This document shows, piece by piece, positions 37,001-49,451 of a stretch of DNA of 64,000 nucleotides. The translations under genes and the position numbers were made by a program. Within the stretch, counting starts at the first letter, position 1; each line of letters begins with the position of its first letter. This DNA is from Macrostomum hystrix (taxonomy: Eukaryota > Animalia > Platyhelminthes), in NCBI GenBank assembly GCA_950097015.1, contig CATNEN010000003.1, positions 4,650,001 to 4,714,000 on the forward strand. Reading direction: 5' to 3'. The notes under the pieces are model-generated. The model saw only the letters and a list, made by a program, of their open reading frames with translations, was not told the DNA's origin and did no database searches.

Positions 37001-40000
37001 TGTCGTAATTTCAAAGTGCAATTTTCTGACTATATTGTATCACCTGTTGGGCAGCGATTATCAGGTGTTCTTTCTATAGTGACATTAGCGTTGAAGATGT
37101 TATTACTTTTTTTCAGACACTATTTATCTATATTAAATTCACCTAAAGTTAAAATTAATTGTTTGAGACAGATTGATCACCTGTTTACACAGCTTAATCC
37201 CCTAATAACAAAAAAAAAATTTTTTTGTCTGTTCGCAAAAATCGTTTATCTGTTCAGTCAGTTCCATCACCTGTTTACATAGATTCATCATAATTTTAGG
37301 CATTGGTTATCTATGATTGACGAAATGTTAGTTTATTTATTTATTTTCTATTTTAGTTGGTCTCGTAATTGTTTCAGTCAAACTAAACATGCAGTCTATT
37401 GTGTTTTGGTTATGGTTTTACTGGCTGTCTGCATATTTATATTAATAATATAAGTTGAATGGCCTAGTAGGCACAATTAATCAGCATTAACTGTACACCA
37501 ACTGAAAAAGGGACCGAAGCCTATGCTGATTACGCTTATATCGAGCATCAGCGGCCTCCACACTTTGATCTGACGGATAAGGCGGCGGCGGCGGCTGGGT
37601 CTTTTGACTTTGATCTTCTACCCTCGCCGCCGCCGCCGCCGATGCTGCGCCTGCACCGCTGGGAGGCGGCGAGTCGCACCTTGCCAGCTAATTATAGCAG
37701 ATTGCGACGGCTGAGAGATGGCTGCGGTGACACCTGCTTTGATAATTACGACACGGCCGGTAATGATGTGTTGCTCAATAAATATAATCAATGAATGGAA
37801 AGAATTAATTTTTTAAATTTAAAATGCTCTTGTGTTGTTTTCCTATTTTAGTATTTGGTACTCCGTCTTATCTTGTATTTATTTTCTATCTGATCTTGTT
37901 GTGTGGCCTTATTTGTGTGCTTCTTAATAATTACCTCTTACATATCTATTTCACCATCGTCTATATGATATAAGTGGTTTATCTTTGCGGTGAATTTATC
38001 TACACTACTTTTCATTATGCATTTCATATTCACTATATTTTAAATGTGCACAAAATAAAAAGAAAAACACAGACTCAACCTTAATCTCGGTTACATACGG
38101 AAAGTATTGAATAAATAATAGAAATAAGATGTAGTGAATTTGTGTTAGATGTGCAGCCAGAGGCACAGCTGCAGCTTTTGTCCAGCGCTTCGAAAGGCTG
38201 TGTGCGGCTGTTTAGTCAGTTAACAGTCCACGCTATACCCCCCCTGGGGAGAGACCACTGTGGTATTTCAATACCCACTGCCTACTTCACAATAGCTCCC
38301 AAACCGAATGACCGAATTTCGTGAAAGTTAGCTAACTGTTAACTGAAGTAGTAGGGAGTTAAGACTAAGAGTCTACTGGCCTCTAATAACTATCAGACTT
38401 CTTATACTATTTTTTATCACTCAAACCAGGTCAAGCGACACCTGGAGCAGCTGCGGCCTTAGCGGACACTGCGAATACACCTGTACTACGCCGCTATCGT
38501 GCCAATAATCAGCATCAGCCAGGTGTAACTGCTACACCTCAGCAGCAGCAGCAGTTACATCATCGTCAGCTAATGAAGCGAGCTGCCAGCACAGATTCCA
38601 TTCTAGCGATGCAGCAGCAACACAGTCTGAACAGTCAGCTGTCTTTTGGCGATGATGGCGAAGTGGCACTGTCGCCGGATGCCAGCTCATCGCAGAGCTC
38701 CGCATTCGGTGCCGCACTGGGAGTTGGCAGCCGTGCCGGTCACGGTCGGAACAGTTTTCGTCGCGCTGTCGATCGCAGCCTTCGCGGCAGCGCTGGCGAA
38801 GCTGATCTTGACTATCAGCAGCAGCAGCAGCAGCTGAGCACTGGCAGTCACAATCAGTCAGTTCAGCCGGCCTCAGGTGGCGGAGCGGCTGCTACAACTG
38901 CAGCTCCTGGCAGTTCAACAAAGAAATTTTTCAGAGGAATTTTCAGGTACAGTAAAATTTCTGAACCCCTTTTTACATCCGGGTAGATTGGAGCACAGGG
39001 GAATTGGATTGACTTGCTCATTCAACAATGTCCTACAGTTGCTCTAATTTTTTTATCGTCAAGAGTTTTTTTCACTGCCGGTAAGGTTTTGGTTCCTCTT
39101 ATAAGGAATGTAAATGTTATAATATGAAATCGATGTGAATTTAGTGATTGACTACACTATTTGTTTGAAATTGTCATTAGGATTACGTTAGTCGGCATTA
39201 TTCGTCCGAATTCTTATTCAGCTGGTTAATCGAGATGATTTTTTTTCTCCTATTTCGTTTATTTAAATCAATTCCAGGTCTTTCAGCTTGCGTGTCAGGT
39301 AAGTTAAACTTAAAAGGAAAATGAAATTAGTCAAAAATTGCTTTGAATAATATATACAAGCAAATGCTGCTTAGTGAGGCTTGTCAGTACAATATAAGCT
39401 TAATAATTTCTTATGCCGAATTTAGGAATAAAAATAAATTTCTAACACCTGTTGGCTGATTGTCTGAAGTATCTGAGTCAATGCGCACAATGAATACCGA
39501 AAACTATTAGCACAGAGTGAAACCTAAACATAGCTTTGCTTGTTCGAAAGTTCAATAAGCATGTCAAATTAGTATCAAGTCTCAAAAATTTTAATTTACT
39601 GATTTGTAACTAAAAATGTCTGACGGGAAAGACTGATTCAATGCATGACACAAAAAATAGTACAGCGATATTGTACTTGTAATTCTAGGATTTCAAATCC
39701 ATTTTATACTCTGCTTAGCAATCTGGGTTGTGTATTTTATGGCCCTTGAATTTTACATCTTGTTTGTTTTGCAAATTTTGCTCAAATTATAAGGCTCATT
39801 GTCTTTTATGGGTCATAGGATGTACTACCCTAGGCACAATGCGCATGTCTCAATGGAAATGTACGTTTCCCTACCTACGCCCCCCTCAATCCTCCATGTA
39901 CATTAGTTATTGAAATATACATTTCCCTGTCCCTGAAATATACGCCCTCGATCTATAATGTACTTATGTACATAAAAATATAAATAGAAATGAAAAATTT

Positions 40001-40393
40001 ATAAATTAAACTGTACAACCCCACAGAATCGGCAAGCAGCGCACGAGCAGCAAAGGGGGCCAGACACCAAATCACCATCAAGGTGGCAGTCAGCAGCAGC
40101 AGCGTTTCCTAGGTAACAGTCCGCGGCCCATAGCAATTCGATTGGACCAATCAGTGCAACCGGCAGATTCTGGTAGCAATCGATGGCAGCAACAGCAGCA
40201 GCAGCAGCCGCCTCAGCTGCCACAGCCTCTAGTTGGTCATAACCACTATCAGGTTGGCGAGGACCTGTACGCAACTATCATAAAAAATCGCAGACAACAA
40301 CAGCAACAGCAGCAGCAGCTGTTGCCGCAACCGCCGCCCGCCACGCAGGTGAATTTACGGCAATATAGAACTGCTGCTGCAGCGAATCGGTGA
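28049..40393 (+). CDS. par-3: Partitioning defective 3 / bazooka (CR1 oligomerisation domain, 3 PDZ, aPKC-binding CR3)
   Basis: Exons 28049-28267, 30084-30877, 32124-32820, 34312-34551, 35288-35662, 36571-36731, 36827-36975, 38430-38946, 40027-40393, all in phase. Motifs: MKVTVSFG..VVPC, DGGILDWSD.VADVLDDRE, GLGFSVTARD, LNDSASAGLGVSVKG, FVRDGVGRRSMSEK, NSFRRAVDRS, IFRIGK. The 3' end could extend further. Confidence 0.95.
29722..30015. mobile_element. Internally deleted SINE B (+, about 29722-29895) abutting a SINE A head (-, about 29925-30015)
   Basis: ggttcgattc..cagcatcagctgggggtaattgaaggtgggtgtggcg..ccagtccatggactgaac, followed by gtgtaaattgca..ggaatcgagctcagg..gaggcaaacgcgttagccgctctgcca. 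Confidence 0.75.
31070..32070. repeat. 22-bp minisatellite interrupted by a MITE, followed by (CCTAAT)n and a 21-bp derivative array
   Basis: Units cattcttagaatcctagatgct and acagtacactcttggaatcct. Confidence 0.92.
31398..31795. mobile_element. Non-autonomous DNA transposon (MITE), CMC/EnSpm-like
   Basis: Imperfect TIRs CCCGCTAAAAAATAAGGATGTTTCTTTGG versus CCCTGTAAAAAATTCGGCTGCTTCTTCGG (reverse complement of the end). A 2-bp TSD GC is readable against the repeat unit. Confidence 0.8.
32850..34165. repeat. 23/24-bp minisatellite filling par-3 intron 3
   Basis: Unit ctaatccagtaagaatccctttt, more than 50 copies, with higher-order variant blocks. Confidence 0.96.
34683..35145. mobile_element. 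Degenerate SINE B (+, about 34683-34850) tail-to-tail with SINE A (-, about 34870-35145)
   Basis: ttgtagcctag..ggggttcgattcc..cacttaac..tttacccagctg, then gagggctgcgg..gactttctcatc..ggcaaacgcgttaaccgctc. Confidence 0.78.
35790..36436. repeat. 29-bp minisatellite in par-3 intron 5
   Basis: Unit gtggtggatctgtgaggtagatgcctctt, about 22 copies. Confidence 0.95.
37485..37759 (+). CDS. Candidate alternative par-3 exon
   Basis: GC-rich open frame INCTPTEKGTEAYADYAYIEHQRPPHFDL..LPSPPPPPMLRLHRWE..DNYDTA, bounded by aatcag| and |gtaatg, phases 2/1. Confidence 0.55.
39278..39298 (+). CDS. Candidate 21-nt par-3 microexon
   Basis: T-rich tract..attccag|gtctttcagcttgcgtgtcag|gtaagt. Symmetric phase 2 with no stop. 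Confidence 0.6.
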
Positions 40394-40539
40394 TTGTGTA
40401 CCTTTAACTATATTTTTCACAGTGTTGTACAATAATTTATTTTTGCGACCTGCAAATTGATTTATCAAAGTGACCAATTTTATTCGCTTATGGATTTTCA
40501 ATAATTTCGTTTTGTTATCATTCCTGATAATATTTGGAG

Positions 40540-41105
40540 TGATATCTATGAGCAATCACCAATTCAGAATGATGTCTATGAGCAATGACCAATTAGGAAG
40601 GATGTCTTTGAGCGATGACCAATGGGTAAGGATGTCTATGAGCAATGACCAATGGGGAAGGATGTCTATGAGCGATGACCAATGGGTAAGGATGTCTATG
40701 AGCAATGACCAATGGGGAAGGATGTCTATGAGCGATGACCAATGGGGAAGGATGTCTATGAGCAATGACCAATGGGTAAGGATGTCTATGAGCAATGACC
40801 AATTGGGAATGATGTCTTTGAGCGATGACCAATGGGGAAGGATGTATTTGAGCAATGACCAATGAGGAAGGATGTCTTTGAGCTATGACCAATTGGGAAG
40901 GATGTCTTTGAGCGATGTCCAATTGGGAAGGATGTATTTGAGCAATGACCAATGGGGAAGGATGTCTTTGAGCAATGACCAATGGGGAAGGATGTCTTTG
41001 GAGCAATGACCAATGGGGAAGGATGTCTATGAGCAATGACCAATTCAGAATGTGTATGAGCAATGACCAATTCAGAATGTCTATGAGCAATGACCAATTG
41101 GGAAT
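40540..41105. repeat. 30-bp minisatellite
   Basis: Unit gatgtctatgagcaatgaccaatggggaag. Confidence 0.93.
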
Positions 41106-42091
41106 GATGATTGGAATGAGAAATATGAGCAGTTAGGAAAATCGTTGGTACTATTTAGATTGTTTCTAATTGAAATTCTATAACAGCATAATGGATCATT
41201 ATTTAGTGAATGAAAAATATACTAGAACATATATATTAATACGAAGTCAATTACCTTCACTGTACAGCCAAATTCTGTGTATTTCTATTGTATATTCTTA
41301 TAATTTATGTGTTGTATAATAACTCTTTTAAAATTATTATGATTACTCGCCATAATTATGCAAGTCTTCAGCCTATTCCAATCTACTCATTTGACTGTCT
41401 AAGGGCTGCTATATGTTCTGAAGCTTTGTGTCTGCTTTTATGTCTATGTAACTAATTAACTAACAAGTAAGTCCCACCGGTGCCACGTACTAATTTATTT
41501 ATGTCTTATTAGCGAGTAAAAAATTTTTTTTCCTTTTAAGTTAGACTGTTTTTTATTAAAAGGCTGTTACCCTTTCCTAATTCCTGAAGCTAGCAATCGT
41601 AGCTAGAAAAGCAAATATATTATATGTAAGTATAGTAATCTACAACTGTCAAGCCAGTGAGCTTTTTCACAAGCCATAAATAGGTTAGTTTTACGTTATA
41701 ATGCCTTCTATTTGCTATCTTAATCTGGCTGTGTTGTCAAACTAAACAATTTTTTATTTGTTTTTATATTTTCTTCTAACTGCTTCTCTTTCCATTCACT
41801 GTTTCATCTTCATATTTCTCTTTTAATAAATGCTTTTTCCAAGGTTCAATGTTTTACCTAACAAACTCGATTCAGATAACAAATATTAGAAAATTTACAA
41901 TGCTAATAAACCCTTTGTTTCTAAGTTTTATTCAGTTAATAGCCTGAATGTACAGCTTTGACTCTTACGGTTTAAAAGAACTATCTAAATATATCAATTG
42001 TAAACGGCACGCAAAATTTAAAGTTATCGTGTACTATACTTTATCGCTGACATAATTTTCACGTCTCAACATTGTAAAAAACTTCCTTTAA

Positions 42092-43260
42092 ACTCAATCC
42101 TGGCCCAACCCTCCAAACTCAGTCAAACCCTAATTTACACTCAATCCTGGCCCAACCCTCCAAACTCAGTCAAACCCTAATGTACACTCAATCCTGGCCC
42201 AACCCTCCAAACTCAGTGAACCCTAATGTACACTCAATCCTGGCCCAACCCTCCAAACTCAGTCAGCCCCTAATGTACACTCAATCCTGGCCTAGCACTC
42301 CATTCTCAGTCAACCCCTAATGTACACTCAATCCTGGCCCAGCACTCCAAACTCAGTCAACCCCTAATGTACACTCAATCCTGGCCCAGCACTCCAAACT
42401 CAGTCAACCCCTAATGTACACTCAATCCTGGCCCAGCACTCCAAACTCAGTCAACCCCTAATGTACACTCAATCCTGGCCCAGCAATCCAAACTCAGTCA
42501 ACCCCTAATGTACACTCAATCCTGGTCCAGCAATCCAAACTCAGTCAACCCCTAATGTACACTCAATCCTGGCCCAACCCTCCAAACTCAGTGAACCCCT
42601 AATGTACACTCAATCCTGGCCCAACCCTCCAAACTCAGTGAACCCCTAATGTACACTCAATCCTGGCCCAACCCTCCAAACTCAGTCAGCCCCTAATGTA
42701 CACTCAATCCTGGCCTAGCACTCCATTCTCAGTCAACCCCTAATGTACACTCAATCCTGGCCCAGCACTCCCTACTCAGTGAACCCCTAATGTACACTCA
42801 ATCCTGGCCCAACCCTCCAAACTCAGTCAACCCCTAATGTACACTCAATCCTGGCCCAACCCTCCAAACTCAGTGAACCCTAATGTACACTCAATCCTGG
42901 CCCAACCCTCCAAACTCAGTGAACCCCTAATGTACACTCAATCCTGGCCCAACCCTCCAAACTCAGTCAGCCCCTAATGTACACTCAATCCTGGCCTAGC
43001 ACTCCATTCTCAGTCAACCCCTAATGTACACTCAATCCTGGCCCAGCACTCCCTACTCAGTCAACCCCTAATGTACACTCAATCCTGGCCCAACCCTCCA
43101 AACTCAGTCAACCCCTAATGTACACTCAATCCTGGCCCAACCCTCCAAACTCAGTCAACCCCTAATGTACACTCAATCCTGGCCCAACACTCCAAACTCA
43201 GTCAACCCCTAATGTACACTCAATCCTGGTCCAGCACTCCAAACTCAGTCAGCCCCTAAT
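42092..43260. repeat. 47-bp minisatellite
   Basis: Unit cctaatgtacactcaatcctggcccaaccctccaaactcagtcaacc, about 25 copies. Confidence 0.95.
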
Positions 43261-43608
43261 AAGCTTCGGCGTTACTGATGGGAAAGTACATCAAGAAGCA
43301 AGTTTATTTCTAGTTCAATTTGAGGGTAAATAATTCTGATTATGATATTATAATCATACGAGTATGTTTGCTTGTTTGACATTTTAAGTGAGCATTATTA
43401 TTGAAAATAAACAGTAATAAAAATTCTTGAATATTTTTTAGCACACTGGAATACACTGTACTCTAATAATTATGTGGTTGCATTGAGTTTAATATCAATA
43501 AGTAGCCGAGATAATCATTTTACTAACAGCAGAACAGTTTTACCTCACTAACATGCAGTCTGGATATCTGAAAAGTTCTTTCTTCGGTTTACATTACTCA
43601 ATCCTGTC

Positions 43609-46600
43609 TCAAACTTCAATCATCATCTTGACAAACTTCAATGAAATAATCTCGGTATTTGAGGACCATTTGATGTACTTCCAGTCCAGGTTCTGGCCGG
43701 CTGGTGGGTACAGGCCGTTCGGATAGAATTTGAAACAGGCGCCGAACCACCAGCCGCCATTGCCCCAGTGGCGGGAGCAAGATCCCGCGTCGTTGTCATT
43801 GTCCCGATCGTAGGTGGAAAATCCCACACCCTTGCCCTCGTGTAGAGCGTCGAACTGTAGGGTGGAACTTTCTGTGACCAGCCAGCCGTAGTTCATTCTG
43901 AAGTTTGTCTCCGGACCGAACACCCTGAAGCCGCTGTATTCGACCACTCCAGTGGAGTCGTTCCAGAACTTCAGCTCGATTCGAAGATTCGAACCCGGCG
44001 GCTGATGGTTGATTGTGGTCAGCAGGTGAATTGCTGTTAGACCTTGATTTTTAATGAGATCGACGAGTGCTGTGTAAAAAGAATGCCAAGACTATAGTAA
44101 AAATAGAAATAAAAATTGCAGAAGTGCTGCGGGCAATGGCACATCATTTGGTGACACCAGACCCGCAGCCAGCGAGGAAGCAATTCTGCCCGTTTCGCCC
44201 ATTGACTCCTGAGCACACACGCACACAGATACCGTACGCAGGCACACGCTCACAGGTGTGTACATCTGCCCTGACTTTTTCATCGTCAGGCAGCGTACAC
44301 ACTCACTGTGCCTTGGAGGTTGGCCCTCAAGGGTGTAAATTGCACGACAAGCCCCCAGGCCTTCACTCCACGGCTGCGCCCCAAATAAATGTGGCCTCGC
44401 CGTGAAATCGAATTTCGTGACCGCGGTGCAAGAGGCAAACGCGTCAACCGCCCTGCCACTCACCCCCTGACTTTATGCTCACCAATCCAAAAGTTGCTTC
44501 CGTCGCCGAATCCTTTGACGTAGTCCACCCAGGGTCTATCAAATCTTTCAGTAGCCGACTGTCTCTGCTGGATGACAACAAAACGACGCCCGGAATTCCA
44601 CTCCACCCGGCAGAACTGGTTACCGGCTCTGTTGCAAACCTCCTTCCACGCTTCGAACTCAGCCGACCAGCTCGGAGACTCCGGCGACATGCGAGCAGTC
44701 GAAGAAACGGCGTACCTGGGACCGTCTGGCTTGTGAAAGCACTGCTCTACACCAGAACTCAAGGGCTTGCTGTTTGACACAGGCTTCGTGTCTGTTGTCC
44801 GGTATCTAGGCTGCATGCTGACCAGGTATGTCGGCTGCCAGCGAATTTGGCGCCAGAAGTTCACAGGGTTTGATGAAATCTTGGCTCTGTTGGGGTATAA
44901 GCGCTTAGATGTTAATCTACATGTAACTGTCTGTGCTATTCATATCACTCAATCGGCCCTGTACCTGTCACTCAGTCCCTAGTACCTGTCACTCAATCCC
45001 CTGTACCTGTCACTCAGTCCCCTGTACCTGTCACTCAGTCCCCTGTACCTGTCACTCAGTCCCCTGTAACTGTCACTCAATCCCCTGTACCTGTCACTCA
45101 ATCCCCTGTACCTGTCACTCAGTCCCAGCTGTCACTCAGTCCCATCCGTCACTCAGTCCCATCCGTCACTCAGTCCCATCTGTCACTCAGTCCCATCTGT
45201 CACTCAGTCCCATCTGTCACTCAGTCCCATCCGTCACTCAGGCCCAGCCGTCACTCAGCCCCAGCTGTCACTCAGTCCCATCTGTCACTCAGTCCCATCT
45301 GTCACTCAGCCCCAGCTGTCACTCAGTCCCAGCTGTCACTCAGTCCCAGCTGTCACTCAGTCCCAGCTGTCACTCAGTCCCATCTGTCACTCAGTCCCAT
45401 CTGTCACTCAGTCCCATCCGTCACTCAGGCCCAGCCGTCACTCAGCCCCAGCCGTCACTCAGTCCCATCCGTCACTCAGGCCCAGCCGTCACTCAGGCCC
45501 AGCCGTCACTCAGCCCCAGCTGTCACTCAGTCCCAGCTGTCACTCAGTCCCAGCTGTCACTCAGTCCCAGCTGTCACTCAGGCCCAGCCGTCACTCAGCC
45601 CCAGCTGTCACTCAGTCCCATCCGTCACTCAGACCCAGCCGTCACTCAGTCCCAGCTGTCACTCAGTCCCATCTGTCACTCAGTCCCATCCGTCACTCAG
45701 GCCCAGCCGTCACTCAGCCCCAGCTGTCACTCAGTCCCAGCTGTCACTCAGTCCCATCTGTCACTCAGTCCCAGCTGTCACTCAGTCCCATCTGTCACTC
45801 AGTCCCATCTGTCACTCAGTCCCATCCGTCACTCAGGCCCAGCCGTCACTCAGCCCCAGCTGTCACTCAGTCCCATCTGTCACTCAGTCCCAGCTGTCAC
45901 TTACGCCAGATATTTGCACGCAGCCTCGTGTCTGCAGTGAACATCAACCTCTCCGCTCCCTCCGTAGCCTTCAGCTGGCATTCGAAGCTGGCCGACTCGG
46001 ACTCGGCTAGCCAACACGCGCGACACTCGCCGGGTCGCGCTCCACAGTCGCATCCAGTCGACAAGTTCAACAGGCTCCGAGAGTCGCGAGGCCAACTCGG
46101 CGAGTAGCGAGCCTGCATCGTCTGGCACCAGCATTCTCAGTGTGAGCTTCCACTGGCTAGCATCGCTGGCATCTGCGCTGACTGATACTGATTCAGCAGC
46201 GCTCGGTTTGTTGTCAAAGCAGATTGGCTGCTCGGCCAGGTAAGCAACTTTCAGGTTGAATTTCTTGCGAACTTCTTTGCTTAGTTTATAGACTAGAACG
46301 CTACAGGTGTCATTGCTGATTCGAACCGATCGCCAAAGCCTCATCCAGTCGACTGCGCGACAGTCTGCGAGCATGCCTTGTCCGCGAAGATTATCTGCTC
46401 GACTGCTCAGAGAATAATCTGACAGTTCCGATTGGCTGCCTCTGCTACTGTTGCTGCCGCCAGTGAGCAAGCTTAAACGGTAGTTTAGTTCAACGGGGGA
46501 GCCAGAGTTTGGCAGGCGGACTCTAGCGGTGAGCAGTACACGACGGAGTGCATCAAAGTTGCGCGCTCTCATCTGTTGCCTAGGAAACGATAGTCAGGAG

Positions 46601-47553
46601 TATGCTGGTTGTTTCCCCAGGTAAGGGGACTGATAAACGCACGAGAGAAAATTCAGGGCAGAAATTTACACACCCCGAATCTATGTGGACCAAAAAAGCG
46701 CCAAATTTAACTCTTAAGTCGTTACTTTCGTTACAGAAGGCAGGGTACATATGATCACATAAGCTACATTCATTTGGGGACTTGTCGTGCAATTTAGGCC
46801 CTCGAGGGCCAACCTTCTAAGCACAGTGAGTGTGTACACTGCCTGACGATGAGAAAGTCAGGCCAGATGTACACACCTGTGTGAGTGTGTGCCTGCGTAC
46901 GGTATCTGGGTGCGTGTGTGCTCAGGAGTCAGCGAAATGGGCAGAATTGCCTCCTCGCTGGCTGCGGGTCTGGTGTCACCAAATGATGTGCCATTGCCCG
47001 CAGTTCTCCTGCAATTATTATAGCATTTCCGTTACCAAAATAAAAGTAATTCTCAGAATACTGATCTAAGGCAGAGAGGAGCTCACACTAAGTCGCCGAT
47101 TTTGCAAGTGTGTCCACTGTCATGCTCTACAGAGCCATTGCAGCCGAGCCTCAAGTAGCCAATCTTCTCATCCTGACTCCAAATGAATCCCAGGGCCTGG
47201 TAGGTCGAATCGGGATCCGAAGACGCGGTCACGTCCGTCACTGTGGCGAAGGTCACCGAATCTTCTTGGTATCTAATCGCAAACGGAGTCCAGTCGTCGC
47301 GAAGTGTCACTGGCACCCGAATGTAGGTCTGCCTAGCAATAGGGTCGAAGTGCTTCTGACTCAGCTGGGTCAGGGTGTCAGAGTCGGTCAGGCTGACCCT
47401 CATTAGCGGATCAACCGTGGCCTGGCCTTGCAGGTATCGAATCAGCACCGGCGTTTTTAGGCCAGTATGGTGCCAGTAGAGACGATTCCGCTCAGAATCT
47501 GCCGAAGATAAAAGAAGCAACAGCAGCAACGAAAATAGAAATGATTTTCGCAT
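43609..47553 (-). CDS. Secreted fibrinogen-related protein (C-terminal FReD), 4 exons
   Basis: Exons 47553-47087, 46579-45905, 44886-44483, 44042-43609 in phase. Signal peptide, then VVIQQR..FDRPWVDYVKGFGDGSNFWIG|LTAIHLLT..LRIEL, FSTYDRDND..C..GGWWFGAC..PNGLY..KMMI. Confidence 0.9.
44100..44465 (-). mobile_element. SINE family A, full length, filling most of FReD-gene intron 3
   Basis: tRNA-like head gagtggcagggcggttgacgcgtttgcc..aattcgatttcacgg and a complete body. Confidence 0.9.
44958..45902. repeat. 17-bp minisatellite (21-bp variant at one end) filling FReD-gene intron 2
   Basis: Units ctgtcactcagtccca(g/t) and ctgtacctgtcactcagtccc. Confidence 0.95.
46775..47022 (+). mobile_element. 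SINE family A, 5'-truncated
   Basis: gagggccaacct..gcctgacgatgagaaagtcag..gatgtgccattgcccgcag..attattat. Confidence 0.88.
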
Positions 47554-47949
47554 TTTTAAGAAGCGTCTAGCTGTACGAGTATCTTTGAAACTAGAGAAGA
47601 ATGGTAAACTTCACAAATATTTGTCCATTTAAATAGGCAATCAATTTCAGCCTATTGTTTATCTGCCAATTACCTGTCGCATTGATACTTCGTATGTAAA
47701 TTATTTCACATTTATAGAATGTTAGAGTATTTTAATGCTGAGAAAGATTATCTTATTTCAGAATTTCATTGCTTACTTAAATTCGAGATTTCACGCGATT
47801 TCGATAGCTTATATACAATACAGTTGTTTGTGATAAAAATTAACACGGCTTTACAGGGCTTGAAAGTTTATAATCAATAGCTATTTTAAGGTATGCCTGA
47901 CGCCTAGCTGGACATACTGCCTTGATAAACAACAGGTGTGTCTTGTGGG

Positions 47950-48830
47950 GTGTCAACATAAGTATATTTTAAGTTGTCAACAGGGGTGCATTCTAAGGTG
48001 TCAACAGGGGTGTATTCTAAGGTGTCAACAGGAGTGTATTCTAAGGTGTCAACAGGGGTGTATTCTAGTGTGCCAACAGGGGTGTATTCAAGGATGTCAA
48101 CAGGGGTGTATTCTAGTGTGTCAACAGGAGTGTATTCTAGTGTGTCAACAGGGGTGTGTTCTAGTGTGTCAACAGGGGTGTACTCTAGTGTGTCAACAGG
48201 GGTGTGTTCTAGTGTGTCAACAGGGGTGTATTCTAGGGTGTCAATAGGGGTGTATTCTAGTGTGTCAACAGGAGTGTATTCTAGTGTGTCAACAGGGGTG
48301 TGTTCTAGTGTGTCAACAGGGGTGTATTCTAGTGTGTCAACAGGGGTGTGTTCTAGTGTGTCAACAGGGGTGTATTCTAGTGTGTCAACAGGGGTGTATT
48401 CTAGTGTGTCAACAGGGGTGTATTCTAGTGTGTCAACAGGGGTGTGTTCTAGTGTGTCAACAGGGGTGTATTCTAGGGTGTCAATAGGGGTGTATTCTAG
48501 TGTGTCAATAGGGGTGTATTCTAGGGTGTCAACAGGGGTGTATTCTAGTGTGTCAACAGGGGTGTATTCTAGGATGTCAACAGGGGTGTATTCTAGTGTG
48601 TCAACAGGGGTGTATTCTAGTGTGTCAATAGGGGTGTATTCTAGTGTGTCAACAGGGGTGTGTTCTAGTGTGTCAACAGGGGTGTATTCTAGTGTGTCAG
48701 CAGGGGTGTATTCTGCAGTTTCAACAGGGGTGTCTTCTGCAGTTTAAACAGGGGTGTCTTCTGCTATTTCAACAGTGGTGTCTTCTGCTATTTCAACAGG
48801 GTGTCTTCTGCTATTTCAACAGGGTGTCCC
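47950..48830. repeat. 24-bp minisatellite
   Basis: Unit tcaacaggggtgtattctagtgtg. Confidence 0.95.
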
Positions 48831-49451
48831 TGTACTGTCCCTATACAACAGTAGTCCCTAAGCAGTATGACTGTTAGCCAAAGCAGTAAATGAAATGCAA
48901 ATAAGATTCTTCCGACCAGAAAGTACCACCAGAAGACACAGCTAAATCTAGATGCAGTTGTAAGGCAATATTTAGCTTCGGTCATGTGCTTAACACGACA
49001 GCAAACCCTAGTCTGAGTAAATATTCATTTCCAGTTGCATTCTTTGCCAACTCAACTTAAAGCTTAAAACTATATGCTCAATTTAGTAGCGATATACAAT
49101 AATGAACGCGAATAATGAATGAATGGAAGTGTACGATGGAAGTTTCTCATTTATGTTTCTGTCGCACACAAGTCACACACTCACCCAGTTATAAAACTAA
49201 AGAAGGCATATAACACATAGCTTCGAAATACGGTTGGCTGCTAACGAACAAGAAAGTTAAAGCGCTGTAGACATATTACCCTACGTCAATATTCTTTAAA
49301 TTGTTTTAGTTACCGAAGTTTAAATTTTATTAAGAGCACTTGAACTTTTAACTTTGCAGTTGAAGAGGGTAAGCTTGATTTTAATATTTTTAATTGTAAC
49401 GACAGGAATAATAATATGCATCACTGTTGCTAATAACTGGAGGAAGAAGCA

